A stretch of 61,758 nucleotides of DNA, the filler included, from Sphacelaria rigidula (Eukaryota), in assembly GCA_964200075.2 (NCBI GenBank). It is 11 parts of 11 records of this genome, joined end to end, with 100 filler letters (N's around TTAATTAATTAA, not from the genome) between each part and the next. Parts side by side here need not be neighbours in the genome. Positions count along the whole stretch, not along the records: positions 33,744 to 39,266 come from CAXNAA020026642.1; positions 39,367 to 44,889 come from CAXNAA020026643.1; positions 44,990 to 50,512 come from CAXNAA020026644.1; 8 more parts are not named here. One strand, 5' to 3'. Shown one piece after another: positions 35,971 to 48,600 of the stretch. Each line of letters starts with the position of its first letter. Positions within the stretch are counted from its first letter, which is position 1. The translations under genes were made by a program, and so were the position numbers. The notes under the pieces are model-generated. The model searched no databases, was not told the DNA's origin, and saw only the letters and a program-made list of their open reading frames with translations.

Positions 35971-37919
35971 GATTTTTTGAATTCGCCATCTTTGGCCTCG
36001 AAAGACGCTACTGATCCTCAACCAAAAAGGGCCGATCGCGCAACGCTTACAACTCGACACCGAAGCGGGGGATTGGACTGCGGTTTCTTGCGTGCGCTTC
36101 CCACACACTGAAACCCCGTCGCCTAGTTTGGTTTTCGCGTTTGGGCGCGATGCTGACTCGAAAATAACCCAAACGTACTAAAATAAGGTGTTTTCCGCTC
36201 TGGGGGAGGAAATTCGGGACGCTGACGTGACGCCAGCAAAATATCAAACAAGGTCCCCTAGATCTTGTGTGTATGCTGGGGGCTGTCAAGTGCCGTGGAC
36301 CGGTTTGCTTCCTGTGTCGAGAACCGAGCGATCTCCAGTGCTACAGGTTTCCTATACCAGACCAAGTGAATTCACCTGCAAACTCTGGCCCAGTACTCCG
36401 TAAGTTGACATCGCTAGAAGGACACTACCATGACCACCTTGCCGGCTGCTAGACTGTCACAGACTCTCAGGACGTAGGATCCGCTAGCATTGCTACTGTA
36501 TGTACGGGGGTCTTGCACCCTTGTCACGTACGTTTTGGAGCAAGATAGTAGATAGATGAAGATCACCCTCCCTTGTACATGAGCACCAAATGTTGGGGGT
36601 TCTCAATCAAGACTTCGATTTGGAGGATCATACTAGGTAGAGAGCGGCAACTGCCGTGTGTCCGGGTGCCCCTTAGAGCAGGATGCGTTTGGTGTCTGTT
36701 TGACGAAGTCATAGCACAAAAAACGAAATCCACAATGGTTTTTAGACTGGAAAAATCTAGCAAAAAATCTATCACAAGGATCCGATCGCAAGAATCACGA
36801 CGCGAAAACGGAGTCGCAAAAAACCTCTTGGTCGAATTTTTACCCGCGGTAGAAACCAACTCAACTCTGTAAAATTGGAACTCGCGCTCAATCCCATACT
36901 TACCTATCCATCTCACGAAAACAGTGTTGCGTTCGTCTCTCTCGTGTACGGTGTGCCACCAAATGAACAACCATCTCTCCACATCGAGGTGCCCATGCTA
37001 CGCGACTTGGCCTTGAAAAGGGACCAAGTACCCTTTTGCACAACCCTCCACAAAAGACGCGCGGTGAATCATCCATGATCTAATTGCTGGTGTGTGCACC
37101 ACCTCCTGACACTGTAACATTGCGCCTACCCCTCGACTACGGTTGACATGGATTGTAACAACCCTCGTTGCCAAATTGAAATCTGCCACGAATGTTCGCA
37201 CGTGATGTGTTGCCCCATTTTTTTCATCAGTAGACACAAAACAATACTGGTACACGAAGGTAGGGAAGGGAGGGGCACGGGTGGGATCCAAGGACAGGGT
37301 TCCTCTTCCCTTGGAAAATGATCCGTAGACCCTTTTCTCCGTCTTCCAGCCATGCCCACCCCTCGCTCTTTGATAACTAGAGCAAAGGCAGGGGCGTAGT
37401 CACAAAAACATCATTGCTCGTGCGCATTGATCGACCAAACCCTTGGACGAAATGGCGAGAGTAGATTGCGGCGACGGAGCTCCCTCCGTGAGCGGTTGCA
37501 CCTCAGGGATAAATGATGGTGAGTAATAATGGCATGACGATACTATTGTGTACTGCGCTTCAAAACTCGCGATTTACACAAAAGCAGCCACGTGCGAATC
37601 CTCTTCCGAGGCCCTCATCGACGACACCTGTTGTGAACGCTTAGTTCCTCTTGCGATGTCGTTGTTGAGCACACCCTTTTCGTATGTACTATACACCTCC
37701 AGCTACGTGGGCTTGTGCGACTCTTCTCTCGATGTGAGACGTCCAAGACATATCACAACACACTGACACGAAAAAGAAGTAGCGCCATCACAACAACAGA
37801 ATGATATGTTGCGTAAAAATACATGTTGTAACCATTTTTTTCTTTTGCTTTTTTTTGGTTTTGTAGAAACGAGCAGACACGGACGACAACGAAAGGCAAA
37901 ATCACACCACGCCCGAGAC

Positions 37920-38105
37920 TCATGGCACCCCTTCTTCAACAGCGTGGTTGAGTCCGTCGAGATAGTTGTGCACGCACAGCATAGTAACGAACGAGACCAC
38001 AGTGGTGAAGATGGCAGCAGTCTTCGACGAGTCCTCTACCGCTTCCACAAACAGCTCGAAACAAGCTACCCAGAACATCGCTCCTGCAGCAAATCCAAGA
38101 CCAAC
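37920..38105 (-). CDS. ZIP-family (GufA-like) metal transporter, terminal exon
   Basis: aaaag| acceptor, then VGLGFAAGAMFWVACFELFVEAVEDSSKTAAIFTTVVSFVTMLCVHNYLDG...P*; matches the ZIP TM7-8 pattern LGFAAGAMxxVxxxELxxEA. Confidence 0.85.
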   Translation of the reverse strand, partial: VGLGFAAGAMFWVACFELFVEAVEDSSKTAAIFTTVVSFVTMLCVHNYLDGLNHAVEEGVP

Positions 38106-39756
38106 CTTTTCAGACGCACAAAAACACCCGGGGTGGAAGATGCCGTGTGAAGGAGCATCGCGGGAAGGGAGACGAAGGGTGGGGAGCATTATGTTCCCGC
38201 TGTGCCACGCTTGAGTACCACTATTGACATCTCAGCACAATATTCAACACGAAACATATTGCAACTGCGCATTATGCTGATCGATCAGCCATACTTGCCA
38301 GAATGGCACAATCGTGGGTATAACCGAGACAGTAACGCAGCCGAGAAAATAAGGTGAAGGGGCGGCAAATAGTGGGATTGCCGGAGTGAGGGCAGGAGTA
38401 TAGATAAGTATATAGTTCATGTGGACTATTGCCAAGTGGCACACAGCTAGATGAAGGCCAAATATATGATGCGGAAGTGCACTGACAGTATGCGGGCGGC
38501 AAAAAATGTGCGAGTTTGTCATCATTGACTTCATTCATCGGTTGCCGCACATGAATTGGTCCTCAAGGAATGCAGCCGGGGTCACAAGATTGACGTTCCC
38601 AAATATTAGTAAAAGCGGAAACACTCGCTAGAGTAAGCTCGAAGAAGACGCATGGCGAAGCGGAATATTCCCAATTGAGGGCCTATGTCTTGAATTAATG
38701 CACAAATTTGTCGTCCCCGTGGTCGGGTTCAGAACCCCTATTATTCGGCCCTTAAGGTGATCACAGTATAGCACCACCATACTGGAGAACACAACTCCAT
38801 TACTATTGTCTGTGGCAAAACATTTCTACGATGATCATCTCTTCATCGACGTCCGCTCACACGGACCCGTAGGCAGTAAGTCCACCTCGCGGCAGCACGA
38901 TGGTACATTCGTCCACGATTAGGACAAATCAACTCTTAGTCAACTCAGAGCCATCATTTCAATGAATAGATCATACTAGTCGTACATCATTTGTTATTCA
39001 TCAGCTTCTTAGCTCGTGCATGCTCAGTAAACCCGAAGGTTCTCTCGCTTCATACCTTCCATGACTCCCAGGGTAAATAATGGGCACATAGACAACTCTG
39101 CGCTGAAAATTTGGATGCATATATTGTACATGTCACGCACTTCTTACCATCATGAGTCGGGAACGTCACGTACAACTTGCTTGGCCAACTTGTTGGGGAT
39201 GAGCGCCCGCACATTTTTCCCACCTTCGGGCTAATGCGGGACTGACAAGTTGTATACAGGTTTACTNNNNNNNNNNNNNNNNNNNNNNNNNNNNNNNNNN
39301 NNNNNNNNNNTTAATTAATTAANNNNNNNNNNNNNNNNNNNNNNNNNNNNNNNNNNNNNNNNNNNNGACACAATCCCGGGGAGCGGTTGATTCTCATTTC
39401 AAAATACGTTCTCATTTTTCTGGCAACCCTGTTTTTTGCAAATCGTCAAGAACGGGAGGGACTCATGAATGATGAGCCTACGACGAGGAAAGTCTCCTCG
39501 AAAATAGGTTGAAAGTTAAAATGAGGCTCAATTCTAAAACAAATACGAGTAGGGGGGCAGCCTAGAAACAGATTTAAGCTCTCGAAGCAATATCTCATCG
39601 ACACAGACGAGTTATGCCGTGACCCGCACATTGTATTAATCGTCTAATCAAGGGGAAAGTTCCCATCTATCTGCTCAAAAGTCTGGGCTAATATTTTCTC
39701 GTTGATAAAACGCCCTGATGTCTAGTAGTTCCTATACCGTGCGGAGATGGCGTCCA

Positions 39757-40090
39757 CACACGCGGCTGTTCGGCTATCCCCAAAAATACTCCGTTCCGGT
39801 CAACTTTTCGAGCCTTCAGAGGAATTAAACGCCTCTAGTGGGTGCGCGGCACTCCAGAGTAGTGGGATCAAATGCATCCATAGGCTTGTTTCGCCTCTGG
39901 AGGGCCGCACACCCCCTGGAGGAACTTCGAGGATACGCAGCCCTCAAGAGGATTCGTTTTATGACCGAAACTGAGTGTAAAATACACTCTAGATAGAGGG
40001 TGTTTTTATCCTCCGGAGGGTCACTTTACCCTCGAGAGGATAAAAATCGCGATGGAGGATGTTCATGGGGGTAGCCGAAATCCGCGTGTG
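39757..40090. mobile_element. MITE with ~25-bp TIRs and internal CCTCTAGAGG-like palindromes
   Basis: CACACGCGGCTGTTCGGCTATCCCCA versus reverse complement CACACGCGGATTTCGGCTACCCCCA. Confidence 0.8.
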
Positions 40091-41814
40091 CACAATGAAA
40101 TCTTTATGAACCCCGATCGATGTATTGAGCGGATGACGACGATTTTTGGTGTGGACATTTCCTGGAGCACGGGGAAACGATATATACCCTCACCTTCTCC
40201 TAGTTCGTAATCTATCTCGACATATGGCGCACATAATTTTACATACTAAAATCAATATGCTAGGAGCAGAGGCACTAGATTAACTAAACCTGGATATCGC
40301 CTCTCAGTTTTTGCGAGTTATGCTATAAAATTTCGTATGGAGAACCGCTAGTGCATGTTGAAGTAAAAAATCACAACTTTTCATTTTCGTTTTTTTTCCC
40401 ATTCATTTCGGGTCTTAGGGCAGTTCTGAGGAGAAATTAACCCTGCTCTTCGGCCTCATCTCAATTTTTTAGCTCAATTTTTATAATTGTGATTGGAAAG
40501 TCAGCATGGAGAACCACAGACGTATGCTGAACAAATGAAAGAATGGGTCTTTTCTTTTCTTTTCGGGAGAGGTTGGAACGTTCTCGTAAAAAAATGATCG
40601 TTACCCTAAAATAGTGGGGGGGAAAAATCGTGACCATTTCTTTTTGTTCGTTATGCCCTAGAGAGGTCACACACAAAAATTGGGAATACAAACACCAAAC
40701 GAGGGCCGGTAAGTGGCCTGCAAAATGCTGTTCCGAAATGTTTTTCTTCTCATGAGCTAAGGGAAATAATCGATTTTCAGGTATCAGTGAAATGCGCCCT
40801 CAACTAATAATGCAACAAATATGAGTACATCGTAAAAAAAAAAAACGCCGTTTTTATTGTCCATACCAAATTTCAGGGTCCAACTCCATATATTGGCCGA
40901 CGAATGGGCCTGCAAACTGCACATCCGCCTCTACGCTGGCCCAGCTCGTATTATACCGCAGTTTCTGGTGTACTGCAAGTGGTCTTGGATGACGTCACAT
41001 CGCTTATTACCATTGGCACAGGGTCGACGGAGAAGGTCGAATCTATCATTTAAAATAAAGCCGCACGTCACCCGCAGCAAGTCGACCAGGTATGCTCGTC
41101 CGCAGATGATGGAACAACGCAACCTGTTGGGCTGGAGCTTGACCGTGCTCGACAGCAATAACTTGGGCGCGCCAGTATCCCCACCTCTGCGCGGGTGATT
41201 GAACGTCTGAATTGCTGTGGCTCACCCGACAATGATATTCGAAATTCGCAGTGAGGTAGCATTGAGAGGTAGTTTTTCACCCCTCTTGATTGAGAGAAGC
41301 GTGAAATGTCGCTGTGTTTTCGAGTGTTTTCTCCGCATCAGCGCGGCACATGCCCGAAAACAATCTCCGCTCTTATCGGAACCCGCACCTAAACCTCAGC
41401 CTAGGGTTTCTTGTTGGTTCCTTGTTTATCCATTCTCCTCTCCCTACTTTTCTTCTCTCGTTTTCAACTTTATGGTGCGTTTGCTCTCTCGCTCATTTCC
41501 ATGATCCTCCTCTCGCCTCTCTCGAGGTTCCTTCAGCAATCCTTTGAGCATTCTACCGCCCACCTCCGGCACGTACGTCTCTCTTTTGAACACGGCTGCT
41601 TCGATTCATAACGGACCCGTGAATGTGCAAATATCACTCGTTCTATTTGCGTCTTTTTATCTCGAAGGTTCCTTCGATCACGCCTAACAATCCAGAACCC
41701 CCCCCCCCTCCCGTAAATCATCTGCACACTTCACGCGCGCACGTGCCATCAAAATAGCTTGAAACCCTCTCAACGAGCCTTCTTCCTGCGCAAAACTCCG
41801 TTGCGAGCACACGC

Positions 41815-42300
41815 GCGTAGGGTAGGATACGCACCCCAGGGTGCCCTGAAAATCCAAGGGTAATTGGATCCAGTGTACGCGAGATGTTGACTACCAACAG
41901 TATTCATTACCTCCGTGTATATCGGGTACGCGATCCATGAACTACCCGGGTTAGTACCCGGAATACTCAATGCAGGCAACAATACTGCTGGAAACCCGGG
42001 GTACCGCCAGCCGAAAAACCTCGGTACTACAGAGTACCATGAGCATCGACTGCCGAAAGTATCCAGCATGTCATGGCACCTCGGGTCCACTCTCCGAATT
42101 ACCCGACATGGTACCCGCAGCGAGGAGCATGTAAACTGAGTACTCCGTGTAACTAGGGTACTGAATGCCGAAAATATCAATATTACACGATCCTCCGGGT
42201 ACCATTAACTGCTCATGATACTCAGTATTCCCAGGGTACCGAGGGTAGTGGTGGTCAAGAATATTGAGTATTCTCGTGTACTCAGGGTACCGACACCTCA
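41815..42300. repeat. Array of degenerate palindromic GGGTACCC/GAGTACTC motifs (MITE/minisatellite-like)
   Basis: Many TACCCGGG, GGGTACC, GAGTACTC and GAGTATTC motifs in both orientations over ~480 bp. Confidence 0.7.
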
Positions 42301-44750
42301 AAATAGCCTCATTTGAGCCCTGCTTTCCCATCAACACAATTGAAGCGTGGTTGGTGGGGAATGCACACGAGGAGGATACACGCCTAAGTCTCGAAAAGTC
42401 GCACCGGCTAACCAAGGGAAGGTCGCGGCCATTACTCCACGCTTTGTGCGTGTGCTTCTTGTGGATGTTCTCATCTCGAAGGGATTTATGCCTGCAGGAA
42501 AGATCCTCGAATGTATCTATTTCCTGTTCCAGCAAGGTCTTTCCAACCGGTCGGCGCGCTCTTTTTCTTCGTCAAGTACAAACGACCCGTTGAAAAAATA
42601 AAAATGAGCATTGAATGCATAGAACTCGATCTATATACTGTCCTACGCCATTCAAACCGTTGGCGCATATTGTCACTTAGCGCGCTCATCGAGAGAAAAA
42701 TAATGAAGCAAATAATATCTATAGTAAGCTGGTGTTGTGAAGTGACCCGCTCGCCCAACGCCAGTCGAATATCAGCGCGTCCCTCAACCGAAAAAAATTA
42801 TCAACTAAAATGGGACGGTAGCTACATAACTAGGTGTAGCGTAGCAATCCTCTAATGGTCGTTCTTCTTTCGAACGTCGATCTCTCCCTCTCCCTCTTCC
42901 ACCACATCCTCCGGATTAACGGCCAAGCTCGCCACCAATGACACGACTCCTCGCTTCACCTATGCGAAACCAACATTTGCCGCGTGAAGAATAGGGGGCG
43001 AGGGGAAGGGGGAAGAAGAGAGAAGAGAAGAGAGTGCAGGACAAACTGTTGAGTGAAAACCCGCATCAGTGTGATTCACCGCCCCTGAATATCCCACGCC
43101 AACTCACTAGACTGTCCGTCTTGAACATCGTCATCGTTGCTTGCCGTAGTCCATGATGGTCAAGGCCAAACAAACAAACAAACGAATGAACAAACGCCGG
43201 TTACGGATGAAGGAGCGAAGCGCCGTTACGTGTTTGCACCGACCGATCCGTGATGGGAGGGGGGGGGGGCTATATATGGACGATGACAATAAGCGGGCCG
43301 CATTACTTTACTTATATATGTTGATATGAGGGTGTGTGTTGGGCACGGTATTTCCTACATTTGGATATTTTGAAAAATCAGTTTGTAAGTACCCAGACCT
43401 TGGGTAGACTATTGAGATCGTACTCAACAATACCAATATATAGGGCAGAGTTTTGATATCGTATTCAGCAATAGCCAGATATTAAGCAGAGTATTGCGAT
43501 CGTTACCTAATATTACCCGTTGGTGGTTGGAACAAAAATCAACACACCCGAATTCTTGTCCGATTGGACAAAGAAAAGTGGATGTGTAGCTGGCTGACAA
43601 CAAGTTGACACCAGCGATACATGTTCTGGCTCCTATCTCACCGTCGTTCGGAAGTTATAGCCAAGCTCAATAATGAACCTGACTTGAAAAATAGAGTGAA
43701 GAATGAAAACGTCCCTGGGCATGGCCTTCAAATGGTCGATGCGCTCCGTTCCTCATAATTTCATATCCCAACTCTCAAATTTCGAGTGAAGAATCGTCGG
43801 AGTCATTTTTCGCGTCTTGTGGTCGTACAAGCTTGTAGTGCCCGATTTTATGCCACATGGCTATACAGATGGTCCCCATGTTTTTTTGGCTCCAAACCAT
43901 TTTCCACGGATTTCACGCCCGCTTTGCTACCGCTTCGCCAAACAGAAGTAAAACCAGTTGAACATTCATGCTGCTCATGTTTAATCCACTCCACAAGTGC
44001 TTCCATGTGTGGCATATGGCGCTCTCGTTACCCGTTATCTTATAACGAGCCCTGATCCACACTAGTTTTTCGTCTTCCGACGTAGTGGAGCACGACTTTA
44101 TCCATGAAGCACTTCGTGGCTATTGCGGTCCCTTTAGGTTACCAAAAATGACCGTCCTGTGTTGTTTAGCTCTTACTACCCTGAACTACACCGGACCGCC
44201 CACTGTATTCCTTTTTGGACAAACACCGTGGGTTGCGGAGTATCATTACCGGCGCCGGATGACCACCCCCCTGGTCCGGAACGCACCCGGCGATACGTTT
44301 CTGGTCATTCTGGATTTTGGCACCAGATCGGTAGCACGTTATATGCCACCCCACTCCCCACCCCCCCGTCGAGCGGCCGGACAAGTGATTGCGGTGCCTT
44401 TTTGTTCGGCGGTTGAGATCTCGCCGTTGGACGACGGAGACATTGCTCGCCCATGAACGTTATGATTCTCCGTTCTCGAATTTACTTCGATGGTCAACAA
44501 TACATCGTTCGACTCGACCATATGAGGAGATTCAGTGACTACACTTGTTTCAATATTATTATTATTATACCTCACGATCCCCGTGTAGAGAAGGTTTTGA
44601 ATTGTACAGTGTGTACAGTCATCCTCAACTACAAGTCACCCTGCACTTGTACCCCTGTCCTCCATTTTCACTCCCCATGCCGTATCGCATGTCCGGGGAA
44701 TGATTTCATGTCAGCGCGAACTGTTCCACCATGCTACCTGCCTCCCCCCC

Positions 44751-44821
44751 CTCGAAAGGGATGCGTGGTCAATGGTCAGACGACCAAGGCAAGCAACACA
44801 TGAGAACGCCCCCCCCCCCCC
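44751..44821 (+). repeat. ~75-bp poly-C-flanked dispersed repeat, copy 6
   Basis: polyC-CTCGAAAGGGATGCGTGGTCAATGGTCAGACGACCAAGGCAAGCAACACATGAGAACG-polyC, near a contig end. Confidence 0.9.
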
Positions 44822-45655
44822 GTAGCTTGTCGACATAACCCCCGTGCCCTCCCCCGTCTCCCATGGCGCCGTTGCGTTCCCCATAGGTCNNNNNNNNNNN
44901 NNNNNNNNNNNNNNNNNNNNNNNNNNNNNNNNNTTAATTAATTAANNNNNNNNNNNNNNNNNNNNNNNNNNNNNNNNNNNNNNNNNNNNTTTTGTTGTTT
45001 CTGGGTGGTTTTCGCGCCACCGCGGTTGCTTAGGAGTGGAGGGGGGGGGGGCGGGGGGGGGGGGGGGGGGGGGGGGTGATCAGCGAGATTTTACGGGTAA
45101 GTGCAAATAAATCCAAGGTACAGAGCACTGTACCTTGCACGCCCTTCATCTCGATGGAAACAGAGAGAGAAACACTGTTTCCTGTCATCAAACATTGGAG
45201 ATATGTTCCGGTTCCTCCCTGAGGGAGATTTTTTCTCGTTTATTTAGTTTCACGCTGCCCCACAGAAACCACGTCCCAGAATGTGACAACATGATAAACA
45301 ATAATCTTACTCAAGAGAACAGCGCGCGGCTCAATGTACGGCGTTTGCAACGGCAAAACCACCAGCATCAACAGGGCGGCACTCGCCTGTCCCAAAGACG
45401 AACAACTACGGTAGATAAACAGACTTCACCGTCTCACTCTGAAACAACAGAAGAGAGCACGCGCGTTCTTCCTCGTACCCCTTGAGGAAGAACAGCAAAC
45501 CAAGTCCTCTACTGTGCCTCCAATGTCTACCGGCAACTCCATCGTGATGAGCACAATCGTTTACGACCGCCCTTCACAACGTTGTAATGTCTCAAGGACA
45601 CGAACGACTTGCAACACTGGACACCAACCGACAACGTCACTCTTCACGTATGCAA

Positions 45656-48600
45656 TCAACCCCAGCTCAATCCGCCGCGTCCCTCCGCATGACTCCCAGT
45701 CGCCGCACCAAACACATCCCCATGTTGCCTACCCTTGCCCCCTCCGCCAACAACAGAAACGTTGTCCGTATCATCCAACTGTAAGCCTCCTAGCGAGGCA
45801 CCCAATGCGCCGGCGAAATCATCGCCAACTCCCCCGGTGCCATCCCTTGGCATCGCAGAAACGCCCCACGGCGACGACAGCCCAAACGCGTCGAGGCCCG
45901 TACCGCCGCCGGTCCCGGTCCCGGCTCCGCTTCCCGACACCCCTGAATCTTCTACACCCCCAGCCGGGGGTAGGAGGAGCGACAAAGCATCGGCGCCGGC
46001 GCCGGAGCTACTACCACCGCCGGTAAGCGCAGTTTCCAAGAGAGAAGCGCCACCCCAGATAGCCTGCGCGCTGCTCGGCACTGCTCCCCCTACTCCAAGC
46101 CCGACGCCGCCCCAAAGACTGCCCCCCGCGCTTGAAGAATCTGGTACGTCTCCGCCATTGACGCCACTGCTCGCGTCGCCAGTTTTTTTGCCACTTTCCA
46201 CCGCTACACCGCTTCCTGCGTTGTTCCCACTGTTGCTCGCGCCCATACCGGCCGCCATGCTACCCCAGGAAGGACCGAACAAGCCGGTGTCAGCCGTCAA
46301 GGGCAACCCCACCCCGCCGCCGCCTCCGATTGCCTTCACTGGCGAAGACCTCAAGGCGCCGCTGCCGGGAACGGCGGGAGGACGCGGCGGGGTTAACCCG
46401 GCCGCAGCCGCGGATGATGTCGAACTGGTGTTGGCGTTTGTTGTCGGCGCCACGCCACCACCGCCGCCGCCGGGTCGGCGCGCGCCGGGGGTACCACCAC
46501 TTGCAGAAGACGTCAACGGTTTCGCCGGGGAGAGATTTGTCGGAATAAAAACGCGGGCGGCCGCTGACAACTCGCCATTGGCGAGTGCGCTGGACATGTC
46601 AGTCGCAGAGCCCGGCGAGTCTTGCAAGGGCGAGGACGATGACATCGACAGCGGTTTCGTGGGTGGCGTCGCCTTGGGCGCATGCAAGGGTGACGACGCC
46701 GATAGCGCTGGTGACGACGGTACTACACCGACACCTCTTCCACCAGGCGGAACGACCCCGGCCGACGAGGCCTCCTGTCGCTGGTGTCGTTGTCCCTGTA
46801 GCACGTGTTGCTCCTGATGTTGCTGCCTACGTTGTCTGTGTTGATTCTGTTGTTGTAAGTTCATCTCCCGTTGGCGCTGATGCACAGCTGCTCCCGAACT
46901 GCCCCCACCACCACCACCACCACCGCCGCCGCCGCCGCTCGGGGAGCCATCCGGCGCTTCCGGCACACTCCAAGAGTCACCCCACGGGGGTGGAATCGGA
47001 CCTGCCGCCTGAGCGGTCGGAGGGCCACGTGGGGGATGTTGCATACCGTGCGGATGCATAGTCGATCCAGCTCCGGGAACCGGCACGCCGGCAGCATTGT
47101 TGCCCCAGCCTGCGGCCGAAGCACGCTGGCGGGCGACCCACTCGGCGTGCTGGTCGGGCGTTCGCAATCAGGGGGTATATTTGCGATGGAACGATGTAGA
47201 CCAGGGCGCATGAGGAAAGAGGCGAGGGCTAAGGGTGGAGTACTGAACATAGCTAAGCGCGCGATATGAGGATGAGACGAGACTCGGCCCGACAAAATGA
47301 CTAGTCACCAAATGGTACGAGATTGCACAAGCATCAACCCCGCAGGATGACGACAAATGGTGAGCTACACGATGAAGCAGGGTAGCTAAAATAAGTAATT
47401 TCCTCCTGCAAGCGTGCTATTCCGAAATCAAATGCAATCATCACTGGGGGGACGAATATAGCTCATATAATATCGTTGACCACACTCTGCACGCTGAGCG
47501 TTTCTCCGCGTGTTGGAGAGAGCAACGTCACGTGGTTCTCGCAGTACCACGGTAACATCTCAACCTCCCCGTTTCAACATCCAGACATCGTACACTGAGG
47601 ACACCACGAGGTGCATTTTCACCATCAACCCCGTCGTAGCGATGTCCAAACATGGCACACTGAGGAAGCCACAAGGTACCTCACACCATGTAGCGTCCTC
47701 CGTGCATTTTCACCATCCAAGCTAAACAAAGATCACCCTCCCCTACAAGAAAACACGACATGCCATCCCACCTGCGGAACCGGCATTCCGGCCGGACCCA
47801 TAGCGCCTCCAGCGCCGCCATATCCATGGGGCAGCGGACCGCCGCGCGGCGGGCGTGGACCCTGGAGCGGACCGTGAGCACCCGGAGGTCCGGTTGGGGA
47901 GTGCCTGAAGCTTGGGAATGACGGCATCGGCTGTCCCGGCAGCGGCATGTGGCCGAGGTGAGGAGGCACGCCCATAGGCATGCCAATAGCCCCCCCTCCA
48001 GGTGGCGGGGGAGCGTGGGGGCCTGCTGACAACAAACGGATAACAGTGGTTATGTGGAGGGAAAGCGACAAGAGGTGTGCGGTGTTGGATTGGGCGACGG
48101 AGGTGGTGGGACAACAGAGAGGAGGAAGGTCATAGGAAAACAGAGCACAGTTAACAATACTTCGAAAGCTTCTTGGAAGAAATCACTTGTCTTGAGGTCC
48201 TCCGTGAGCTGAGGCGGCGTGTGTCGATATGCACACGCTGATATTTCTCCCCCCAGCGATCAGGTATTTTGTAAGATGTAAAAGCACCGCACACACCAAG
48301 CGATGGATCGCAGGCAACCGAAGAAGCCTCAGGAAAGTCAGTGTGCCTACGATGTACTACTAACAGTGCGCGTCCGAAAAGCCAATTAACGTGCTTTAAC
48401 CGGATGGATGTCCCACCCCATACAGATTACAATTTTCACCACAAGCAAACTTGAGCAGAGGCAATCATGCCCCGCTGCACACCACCATAGTTGGCCACCT
48501 CTGCAGCTGACAAGACCATGCATTCCCTTTCAAAGGCAATAACGAAACACGAACATAAACACATGCACCTCGAAAACAAGACAGTGCGGTGCTCACCATG

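Noticed and set aside
38296..38400. Upstream ZIP exon (…PLFAAPSPYF…PFWQ|gtatgg)
   Set aside because: The phase would fit, but there is no clear acceptor and the similarity is weak.
41815..42300. Possible CRISPR-like array
   Set aside because: No constant 23-47 bp repeat, irregular spacing, no cas genes, eukaryotic context.
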